From Schizochytrium sp. TIO01 (lineage: Eukaryota > Protista > Bigyra: Labyrinthulomycetes), in NCBI GenBank assembly GCA_004764695.1, contig SMSO01000008.1, positions 186,001-250,000 of the forward strand: a DNA stretch of 64,000 bases, given 5' to 3'. The translations under genes and the position numbers were made by a program. Below are positions 45,052 through 55,126 of this stretch, in pieces. Below the pieces are notes generated by a model that was not told where the DNA came from, did no database searches, and saw only the letters and a list, made by a program, of their open reading frames with translations. The first letter of the stretch is position 1. Every line of letters begins with the position of its first letter.

Positions 45052-46162
45052 GTAACAGTAATTATTATTATTATGAATATAGTACTATTAGTATACAGTC
45101 CTATGTTAATAAAGCAAACAAACAATCTCAGACAGAGGCAACTATTTTCAGCTTGGGTAGAAACTCAAGCTAAAATAATCACTCACCTGGAAGCCCTTGG
45201 GTTCATTCTTGGCAAACCCAATGAACTCTGCTTGTTCTCAAAAGTTATTAAGTCAAACTTGGAGCGGAAGATGGAAAATAACTGACTCAGACCATCCCCA
45301 CTCAGTTTAATTTTATTCGTGTAGAAGGTCATAGTCCTATAGGCGTATCAATCAATTAATTAAAAAATACACCCAAAATGGCATATTAATATTTTGAGCT
45401 GTCGTAGCCCTGCTAGCTTTACCTCTAGCACGAGATTTGAAGAATTAAAAAAAACAATGTTAGTTAGTACTAGCTAGCAATTACCGAACTATTACTGCCC
45501 AAGTTATTTCTCTATAATAATTAAATTAAAATTCTTACGTATGATAATTTCCCCCCCAGAAAATCAACTCCGCTGCCTATATCTTAGAGGCCATAGAGTC
45601 TACCTTGCGGATTCCTAATGCTACTAGTAATACTACTTTTCCTATTACTACTACGACCAGTATTTCCAAAGAGTTTTATGTATGTATCTGCATAGGTGGG
45701 CTAACTGAAGTGGTAGGTAGGGGACTAGTATCCCTCATTTTTATTTTTTTCAAAGCTTGCTTAGTATTGATACGTATACATGTTACATACATACATACCT
45801 AGGAGACTTGATTTTTTTCTTCTTTTCCTCAGCATAAGTAAAATAGTGAGTGGGTGTAGTATATCTATCTATCTATCTATCTATCTACCTACACAAGCAA
45901 GTGAATGTGCGAGTATCTATCATCGCATTCTCATCAGGTTTGATGGCCTCGACAGAATGAAACAACGAAGAAAGGTGCGAGTGAGTGAGTGAGTGAGTAG
46001 TTGAGTGAATGAATTCAAAACTAGCCCATGGATCGGTTGTGATAGTAGGCTGATTGATCGATTGATAGGTTGATTGATAGGTTAAGCTCGTTGGTTTCCT
46101 GCTTCTGCTTCTGCTTCTTCTTTTCCTTGTTCTTTTCCTTCTCCTCCGACCGAAATCGATCA

Positions 46163-46290
46163 CATACAAACATAGATACATACATAGATACAAACATAGA
46201 TACATACATAGATACAAACATAGATACATACATACATACATACATACATACATACATACATACATACATACATACATACATACATACATA
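46163..46290. repeat. Compound (CATA)n microsatellite with CATAGATA/CAAA variant units
   Basis: Read directly; it explains the spurious MYVC/YIHT ORFs. Confidence 0.95.
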
Positions 46291-46701
46291 CACATATATC
46301 ATGCTCCAGAGAGCTTACATCTCTAGAGAGGGAAAGGGAAAGGAAAGCAGGCCATGGACTACCTACTTAGTACTATTACTACTGCTCCTATCAAGAGGCA
46401 AGATAGTGGTATTAAGAAGCAAGATAGTAGTAGTAGCATTGGTATTGTTAGTGCTACCATCGGTATTAGTAGCATTGGAGATGAATAAATAAATAAATCA
46501 ACAAATAAATAAATCAACAAATAAATGAATAAATAACTTTATTTAAATAAATATATATTAATAAATATGTTCCTACATTGGTGAGAAGGGCAAAGAAAAC
46601 AAGGAAAGCAGAGAAAGCAGAGAAAGCAGAGAAAGCCAAAGAAAGCAAACGCTATCGAGCGCCCTCCGAGGCGCAGAGACCCATCGCAGCATAGGCACCG
46701 C

Positions 46702-49431
46702 ATGGCAACGGATACCATCGCGGGCGCGGAAAAGCCCTCCGCGACCGCCTTCGCGGCAGGCTCTGCCTCTTCCCCCTCTTCCTCCTCTTCCTCTTTGCCC
46801 GTCGCTGATGCTGGCTTGCACGCCGCCATGGGCCTCCACGAAGAGCACAGCGCCCACCAAGACGGCAACGGTGTGAGCGACCTCGAGACTCACGGCGGGA
46901 AAAGGCCTGACGTTGACAGGAATGAGGACGATGTCATCGGCAAAATTAGCTTCAGCAACGGCCAGGATGCAGATGTCACCATGGCCAGCTCCACCGCAGG
47001 ATTCTCACCAGAGGAGCAGCAGCAGGGGCCAGGATCTTTCGCATCAACGTCGACCGCAGAGCAGTTTCATCAAACTCAGCACAAGGACGAAATCGAAGAC
47101 GAGGACGATGAGGGGCTTGAGGGCTTCGCTGATTTCGAGCGGGAGTTCGAGCACATCCACAACGAACAGGATCAAGACTATCACCATATTCACAATGGTC
47201 TCACAGATATCGGATTCCGTCAAGATGGCCAGCAACAGGCAGGAGATCAGAGCGAGGAGATCAGCCGCGACGAAACCGGAGGCATCGCGCAAGTAAGCGA
47301 TGACTTTGGAGTGCTCAAGCTCATTGACGAGGGCCAGGACGCATCCAACGCGGAAGCTCTAGAACGGCAAATGCACATGCAAATTCAGCATATGAATGGC
47401 ATTTCAACCGAGGGTGATCATGAGGACGCTAAGTCTCGCACTAGCGATCATCTCCCCGATATGCACAACACTAACACTAGCATCAGCAGCAGCCGTGGCA
47501 GCAATAGTCGCAACAGCAACAGCAGTCACGACAGCCTCGGAAGCCATGGCGGTCTGGTCTCTGCAACCTTACCCCCTCCTCCTCCTGTTCTCTCTGACGA
47601 CCTCGAACCTCTGCGCCCCCCCTCCTCTCCACTGGAGCCTCGCTCCGCGCTCTCCGCAACCCTTGGTCCTAGTGCCGCTTCCTCTCCAGCCGGTATGAAC
47701 GGCCTCAGAGCTGGTAGCAACAATAACACCAACGCTAACGGCGGCTTTGGCGACATGGATCCCGTACGGTCTTCGCGTAGTGTCAGCGGATCTCCTGTTT
47801 CATCCTTGAACTGGGATGCGCCTCTAACTGGCGGCAGCAGTGGCGTGAACTCGGTACTTGGGGATGTACACTCTCCGTTGGGCTTCAGCAACCCGTTCAC
47901 GCCTGAAGAGCTGTCTCGCGTCCCCCGAAGTGGAACCGAGGCCCGCAAGAACCGCCGCTGGACCGTAAACGTACCTTCACTTTCTCACTTTGGTACTGAA
48001 GGCGGTCTTGACGGTCTTGACGGTCTTGATGGCCTTGATGGTCTCGACGGCCAGGACAATGGCCTATATAGTCTTAACCTTCCTCCCGTGGGGGAGGGCT
48101 CAGGCTCTTCAGGTTCAAGCTCAGGCCAGCGCGGCGGTCTCACCCTCGGGGACCAAGGGGGCTACCTAAACGCGAATACGATGCGGGAGCTAGAGCACAT
48201 TGAACGCGAAGAGACACGGTTGAGCCTTCGACTCAGGGGACTGCGGCAACGCAAGCTTCAAATCCTCGCAAGTGCAGGTGTACCGCTTGCCAACGAAATG
48301 GCGCCCCTCGTCGTGCCCAACGTCACGCCACCGCCGCCTCCTCCGCCTGACCTCAGCCCGCCGCCAAGCCCAAGCCCAGCGCCTGTGTATCAACCGCACC
48401 AAATTCACCGGCTCCACCAGCAGCTCCACCAGAACAGTGCTAATAACAACACCAACGTGGCGACGCGACGATTCTCCGCTTTTGATGCGGGATCCTCAGG
48501 ATGGGTGACGCAGGCCGGTCAGTTCTCACAAGGAGCGGTTGCATCGCAAGCGGCGCTGCGCAAGACAAACAGTGACGAGGCATCCTCAGCTGCAGGAGGA
48601 GCCATGGGTGAAGACAGTTTTCCTATCCCATCTCTGCACACAACGCCTCTGAATGCGACGTCCTCTTCGTGGGAGGCAGGGCGCTCACGCAGACACACTG
48701 TAGGAGGTAACCCTCCGGAGACACCAGGGATGCCTTCCGCAGGCTTCTACAATCCTGGATTTGAAGCAGTGGGTCCAGACGGACGCTTTCATGTAGGATA
48801 CATGCAGGGGTCTATGCAGCCTCAGCAACAGCAGCAGCAACAACATGGTCCTGGGGAATACTATTATGGATCGCAGGTGGGCCAAAACTTAGCCCAGCAA
48901 GGACACCCTGGACGTGTGGGTTCTCCTATGGGTTATGTATCTCCTTCCCATGCGGGACAGCCTATGGATCAACGGATAGACGGAAGCTCGCCCAATGGAC
49001 AGAATATCTCTGGGCTCTCGCGTCACCGCACGCCGCAGCCAGGCGCACCTCCACAACATCTTGTGCAACAGCAACAGCGCCAGGTGGCTGCTCATAATGG
49101 TGCTGCCAACAGCATGTCTGCTGCGGCAAAACAGGCAACTGGACCCTCTGGAGCTAATATCTTCGTGTTTAACTTCCCACGCAGCTTCGAAGACAAGGAT
49201 CTGGAGGCCGCATTTGCGCCTTTCGGCAACATCCTTTCAGCTACTGTCTTTATTGATAAGGCCACATCCAAATCCAAGTGTTTTGGATTTGTTTCTTACG
49301 ACAGCGTGGAGAGTGCCCAAGAGGCCATTAATAAAATGAATGGGGCTACTCTTGGTGGGAAGGTGGTGAAGGTCCAGATCAAGCGGGAGCGAAGCGCTCG
49401 CAGTGATAACCCACAGGACCATGGCGCCTAA
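46702..49431 (+). CDS. RNA-binding protein with a single C-terminal CELF/Bruno RRM3-type RRM and about 810-aa disordered N-terminus
   Basis: GPSGANIFVFNFP..F.DKDL..AFAPFGNILSATVFIDKATSKSKCFGFVSYDS.ESAQ.AI.KMNG..LGGK.VKVQIKR closely follows CELF RRM3. Confidence 0.9.
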   Translation: MATDTIAGAEKPSATAFAAGSASSPSSSSSSLPVADAGLHAAMGLHEEHSAHQDGNGVSDLETHGGKRPDVDRNEDDVIGKISFSNGQDADVTMASSTAGFSPEEQQQGPGSFASTSTAEQFHQTQHKDEIEDEDDEGLEGFADFEREFEHIHNEQDQDYHHIHNGLTDIGFRQDGQQQAGDQSEEISRDETGGIAQVSDDFGVLKLIDEGQDASNAEALERQMHMQIQHMNGISTEGDHEDAKSRTSDHLPDMHNTNTSISSSRGSNSRNSNSSHDSLGSHGGLVSATLPPPPPVLSDDLEPLRPPSSPLEPRSALSATLGPSAASSPAGMNGLRAGSNNNTNANGGFGDMDPVRSSRSVSGSPVSSLNWDAPLTGGSSGVNSVLGDVHSPLGFSNPFTPEELSRVPRSGTEARKNRRWTVNVPSLSHFGTEGGLDGLDGLDGLDGLDGQDNGLYSLNLPPVGEGSGSSGSSSGQRGGLTLGDQGGYLNANTMRELEHIEREETRLSLRLRGLRQRKLQILASAGVPLANEMAPLVVPNVTPPPPPPPDLSPPPSPSPAPVYQPHQIHRLHQQLHQNSANNNTNVATRRFSAFDAGSSGWVTQAGQFSQGAVASQAALRKTNSDEASSAAGGAMGEDSFPIPSLHTTPLNATSSSWEAGRSRRHTVGGNPPETPGMPSAGFYNPGFEAVGPDGRFHVGYMQGSMQPQQQQQQQHGPGEYYYGSQVGQNLAQQGHPGRVGSPMGYVSPSHAGQPMDQRIDGSSPNGQNISGLSRHRTPQPGAPPQHLVQQQQRQVAAHNGAANSMSAAAKQATGPSGANIFVFNFPRSFEDKDLEAAFAPFGNILSATVFIDKATSKSKCFGFVSYDSVESAQEAINKMNGATLGGKVVKVQIKRERSARSDNPQDHGA

Positions 49432-51885
49432 TTAATCGCTCATCTTGTCTGTGTTGTCTGTGCCGTTCGAATATCTGGTTACTGGCTTGTCTGAATATCC
49501 GTCTGTATGTCTGTTGTGTCTATACGATCTGCGGAGTGGATTGTTTTCTTCTCTTCTTCTCCTGCTCCTATTACACCACCACCTCCTCCTCCACTTCTTT
49601 CTATTCTTTCTTTTAACTTCATTTTGCTCTCATCAAGTGAGCGTGCAAGGCTGATATATCTGAAAATTGAGACTCTACTTTAGCCAGCAGGTCAGTCAAC
49701 CTACTTCTAAAGCTGCTTTGACGCCGAGAGGAGCAAGTTTGCTTTCTTGATTTCCTTCTTCTGTTTTTTTTTTTTTTTATAAAATAAAAGAAAGAAACAT
49801 AACGAAACAATCTGCCAAACAGAGATTTACTCTTTGCATTTTCTCTCTCCCGACGCTTTTATGTAGGTAGTACTGCAGTATGGCCTGTGTTCATAATAAC
49901 GCTTCCAGGCTGGTCTTTGTTTTGCAACAAGCGCTTATTCACTGAAGCTAAAGTAGAATTACTCGCTGCATGGCATGCTGCTAGTTTTCCCAACTCCGTT
50001 TCTCGTTTTTTTTTTTGCAAAGTCTTTCTCTTCACCTTCTATTTTCGGATTATTTCCTGCGCATTTCCTGACGCTGTTTTGTATTTGATGAGAGGAGGGC
50101 CTGTATTGCATGTGAGAGTATGTCATCGTCAAGCCTAAGATTGTGTCAATTTACGAGATTGATTATATCCGTGTGTACGCCTTGGAGACTCAAATCTTTT
50201 ATCTGCAACATGCGTCCATATTTTTTTTCTAAGAAAGTGTGGTTCACAGTCCCTCAGATCTCGATTCATTTATTTACCCATTTGTGCACACTGACTCATT
50301 CCTGATTTCAGCCTCTATTCACCGCCCCTACTACTACGACCCACACTGATTTGTTTCTTCCCGGCATGCTTTGATCGATTAACTTTGTGTGTTTCTCTAT
50401 GATCAATTTAACCATCCTGACTACGGGGTTTTGGCCTGTACCGCATACTATTGTTTTTTGCTGCAGTGGCTACTATTACATGTTCTACGTCATTGAGTTC
50501 TCTCCATCCCCGTAGGATTATATTCCTTCTCCTTTTACAATTTCATTCCTGCCCAAACAATGTTCAGACATCTTGTGCGTGCTTGCATGTGTACATGCCA
50601 GCAGGCTCGCACCTTCATACCCGTTTCTGCCTTTCTTTTGGGGAATATCTTCGTGCTCGCCTGCGCCTTTCCGACAACTAGCTAACTTCGCTGAAATTCA
50701 GCCGGCTTTCTCGAGATAGACCCATTGATTTTGGGAAAGTGTAATGTTTCCTACAATCTAAATCTGTCTGAGATGAATGAATGCGCTTGCGATAGGCAGG
50801 TTCACCCCAATTATACCTACAATTCTTTGATTGACTGTGAGAGAAGAGACATGTCGTGGCTATTATTTGCCGAGCTACACGCTGCTGTTCTGTGTCTTCC
50901 GTTCAAATGTTATATGTTTGTTCGTTTCTACGTTTCGCGCACGCGCGTCCTGTGCTTGTTCTCGTCTTCCTCTATGTAGCACAAGCCTTTCACGACATTC
51001 GGAAAATATCAACGTCTCTCTCCACCGTGTGCTTTGCATTCCCATTCGTAACCTTTCCAGTATATCATCTTTGTGTGAGATTTCAACTTTTTAATCTTGT
51101 CCTCGTCTCCCCAGCCATATGTTCAAGTAGTGGATTACTATAAAACTTTATACATTGCTTTGCATAACGTTCTTTTACGTTGAAAAGACCTTGAATGCAT
51201 GAAAACTTCGAAGAGTGTACCACCATGGTACATCATTTCCATCAAACACTGCATGGCATTTGATGACATTTGGTGACTAGAAAATTCAAAAGTCTTTTAG
51301 AAGCCGTAAATAAATGTTGGTGGGTTTAAGGGAAAGCTATCTTTAAAAAAAAGATTCCTACCTTGAGTCGCAGATTTTTAAAAAATTCAATGCATGAATT
51401 TGAGGTAGGAAGGATGGCAGAGTGGAAATTTATATATGCAAGCACTCAAACTCACAAAAGGGAGATCTTCTCTATTTGAGTAGAGTATGCTTCTACCCTC
51501 CTTTTGTATTACAAAGACAAACCAAGCTAAGTTATGCAAAGAAAAATATATGAAAGAGAACAGATATCTTGTTAGGTCGACAACCAGCTTTTTGCTTATA
51601 TTCTTACTATCTATAATATATGTTACCGCTGTTGAGAAAGAGGGTGCATACAACGTATAACTACCTAACTAAATGCAAAGGACAGGTTTGTTTACCTACA
51701 AAGCAGTCAGTCAGTTAGCCAAATATGTGTGGTGAGGCTAAGACTTGATGTTTGCCGATCTCCCCCAACAGTTAAGCAAGCAGTGCAAAGATGATATGGC
51801 AAGCTCACGCAAAGAAAGCAAGGGGCGGCCCATCCATGAACGTAGACAAATAATGGGCTGATTTGTGATTAAGCACAACCTACAA

Positions 51886-53242
51886 TTATGCAGCCATATT
51901 ATCATCCTCGCAAGACTCGCCAAGCATAGCCTCCTTCTCACGCATGGTCTCTTCCATAATTTCACGCATCAGCTCGTCCTCAGCAGCCTTGCGCTCATCC
52001 TTAATACCATGTTCAAGTAGCCAGCGTTCAGCATCGAGAGCAGCCATCGCGCCTGTTCCTGCAGAAGTAATCGCCTGGCGATAGACTGCATCTGCGACGT
52101 CTCCAGCAGCAAAGACACCCTGGACAGAGGTGCGTGTAGATGGGCCCGGGACCACGAGGTAGCCTTGTGCGTCCATCTGAAGTTTTTCACGAAAGGGCCA
52201 AGTGTTCGGGGTATGACCGATGGCCACAAATGCACCACTGACAGGGAGCAAAATCTCTTCGTTAGTATCCACCTTACGGAGCTTTGCATGTGTGAGAAGT
52301 TCAATATCTTCCGTAGTATCAGCACCCTGAGCTGCGGCGTGCGGGTCGTTGCGAGCCTCATCCGCGTTCTCGGTGTGACCCTGGAATTCCTCCACCACAG
52401 CATTCCAGATCACTTCGATCTTGGGATGTTCGAGAACCCGCTGCGCTAAGATACGTGATGCCTTGCTAAAGGTATCTCTACGGTGTACGATGGTGACCTT
52501 GGAACACATGGTTGCAAGGTGCAAAGCCTCTTCCATCGCAGTGTCCCCGCCACCAACCACCATGACCTCCTGATCGCGGTACAGGTATCCGTCACAAGTG
52601 GCGCATGCAGAGACTCCGCCACCCTTGTATTTGTCCTCGGTCTCAATACCAAGCCATTTGGACGCTGCACCGGTTGCCACAATAATGGTGTGCGTAGATA
52701 TCACTGAAGAGTTTGTGTGCAGCTTATGTGGCACTCCCGTGGTGTCACTGAGCTCTACAGCGGAGACAATATCGTCACTGAAGACGGCACCGTAACGCGC
52801 AGCTTGCTTCTGCATTTCGTAGACTACAGCAGGGCCAGTAATGTCGATGGCTAATCCAGGGTAGTTCTCCACGAGCACGCCCTTTCCACAGAGCTGGCCA
52901 TCATTAGGCGGACCCACCACCACGGGCCGCAGACCAGCTCGAGCTGCGTAAACGGCAGCACTCAGGCCTGCAGGCCCAGCACCAATGATAACAATACGTT
53001 CAGAAAGACCATCTGCATCAGGGGAGTACATGGTGAATGAGGGGGCGTCCTCCTCGTCACCGTCCTGGGATGCAATGTCGTCGTCGTCACTTTCCTCCAT
53101 TTGCGCCTCCATCTCGGCCTTGCGCTTCTCAAGTTCCTCCTCGAGCGCCTCGAGACTTGCCAAGTGAAGGTTTGCCTGAGGCGGCTCGCTCTGGGTCTTA
53201 CGCGAAGAAGAAGATGATGACACAGGGGGGGGGGTCCTGCTA

Positions 53243-53274
<32 letters not shown>

Positions 53275-53970
53275 GCTGCTGCTACTGCTGCTACTCTTAG
53301 CACCATCTGACGAAGATGAGGACGACGAAGAGGACTTTGCCTCGGGGTCGTACCGCAGAACAGTCTCAGGCGCAACACCATATTTCTTCTTCAGAGCCTT
53401 GACGAGGCTGCGATGGCCCTTACCTCCTTCTTCGCCGCCTGCCTTCTTCAAGACCTTATCAATGTTATCCTGAGTTGCCTTTTCTGGAGCGTGCTCCTGA
53501 TAAAATTTTTCGAGAGATTCTCTAGTGACTTTGATGTTGGTCTCTCGAAAGTCCTTCGCCATGCGAGCAGCCCATGACTGGAGTTGCTGCAGATCGCCTC
53601 CGGAGAACTGGTGGCGCTTTTTGCCGTCCTGATAGAACTGAAATGTCGGCATGCTGCGGATCCTCTGGATGGAGCTGGTCTCGCGGTTGCCATTCACATC
53701 GACCTTCGCAAAGACTACCTTATCTGCGTACTGCTTGGCCAAGTTCTTGTAGTGTGGCGCAATCTGTCTGCAAGGGCCACATCCGTCGGAGTAGTAGTCG
53801 ATGATGACGCCGAGTCCCGTCACGTCGCGATGGTAATTTAAGAGCCGCGTGAACTCTTTCTGCGTGCGGAGGTTGCGCACGAGAGGGCGACCACTGACGC
53901 TGGCGAGAGCAATGCCTAAGACCACGAGAACCAGCACCAGGCTAGACTGCAGGCACCCTTGACGCACCAT
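51886..53970 (-). CDS. Signal-peptide-bearing thioredoxin / low-molecular-weight NADPH thioredoxin reductase fusion
   Basis: Hydrophobic N-terminus SLVLVLVVLGIALASVSG. Trx: IDYYSDGCGPCR..FAKVDV..IRSMPTFQFY. TrxR: IIGAGPAGLSAAVYAARA, VENYPG, GGGVSACATCDG, VVGGGDTAMEEA, IVHRRD, FAAGDVAD..YRQAITSAGTG.MAALDAERWL. First ATG at 53970. Confidence 0.93.
53240..53294 (-). repeat. Coding (AGY)n poly-Ser linker
   Basis: ctactgctgctg.. on the + strand, encoding an 18-Ser run between the Trx-side domains and the reductase. Confidence 0.9.
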
Positions 53971-54665
53971 ACTTGCTGTCTTGGACCTGGCGGAGAGACA
54001 AAGTTTGATCAGCGGCTTTGCCAAGACGCAAGTGAACAACCAAGACTTTCTAGGTCTTGCTTGCTTTAGTCGTTTAGTTGACAGGCACGCAGGCCCGGTC
54101 CAAGAAGATCAAGCTCGTAGTGACGAGAGAGAGTGACAGAGAAAAAGAGAGAGAGTTGAGAAAGCGAGAATGCGGTAAACCGCCTCCCCGTTTCTCAGTT
54201 TGTAATTGAGATACTGGTAGAGATACCTAGTAGCGCTTGTATGTTATTAATGTATTTCTTGTTGCCGGTGATGCTTTTCTAATTTTTTATAGTTTTTTGT
54301 ATGGTACAAACTTGAATATCATACTACTACCAGGCAGGTACCCACTGGTAGCTTTAAAAACAAAACAAAATATTTTTAAAATCAAAAAATACTATTAAAA
54401 AAATGCGGAAATCATCGTCACTTACTTGAATTACTATCTTATCAGGAGTAACTCGCTAAACTGGAAAGCCTACTGCTGTCGCATGGATCTTCTCAACTGT
54501 ACAGGTACAGACAGCTCAAGCCCTAAGATTGATAAGGCTTTTGGTCACTCGCCTTCTCTTCCACTCTACCGCACTTCATAAGTTTCGATGCATGCGTCGC
54601 GCCCTTTTCGAAGTTGATTGCGAGGTTTCATAGAACGTTGAAAAACAAATGCCAGGAATTGCTTC

Positions 54666-54828
54666 ATGACGTCCTTCCTTCTCTTCGTGAGATGCGAGTA
54701 AACCGACCATCATCATGGACACACCAATGGAATACATTGCAGATTACCAGGTCGGCTGCATCGCAGAAATCAAACTATCTGTTTCCACGTGTTTTGCCTT
54801 CAAACACGCGCTGCGCTTTGGGCCCCAA
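54666..54828 (-). mobile_element. Relic of LINE APE-type endonuclease
   Basis: The minus frame reads LGPKA..KTRGNR*FDFCDAADLVICNVFH..GRFTRISR, resembling the LINE endonuclease signature N.(R/N)G..L.DFC...DL.I.NT.F...YTW.S, with an in-frame stop. Confidence 0.5.
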
Positions 54829-55004
54829 TTCCATTCCTTTCAACTAAAATAATAATATAAAGATATAAAGCCTTTTTCCGAGTCCGTAGTAGATTGGGCT
54901 CTTTGGTCTCTACTCTTTTTAAAAATTAAAGCTAAAAAATAAAAGAAAGAATCAGACTACTTCTGCTAAAAGCTAGTTAGTTAGTTAATTAGTTAGTCAG
55001 TCGG

Positions 55005-55075
<71 letters not shown>

Positions 55076-55126
55076 TAGTATTATTATTATTATTAGTAGT
55101 AGTAGTGGTGGTAGTAGTAGTAGTAG
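55005..55126. repeat. (GATA)n followed by (TAT)n and (TAG)n microsatellites
   Basis: Read directly from the sequence. Confidence 0.95.

Noticed and set aside
45885-46492. ORFs of 93-140 aa with MYVC/YIHT repeats
   Set aside because: Translations of the (CATA)n microsatellite.
53765-53800. Possible selenocysteine in the Trx or TrxR active sites
   Set aside because: The Trx motif is encoded GGA TGT GGC CCT TGC, there is no in-frame TGA in the ORF, and the stop is TAA.
54614-54847. Plus-strand ORF with RFHRTLK, like an rve/IS481 integrase motif
   Set aside because: No DDE residues or supporting context; the opposite strand gives a longer match to a LINE endonuclease.
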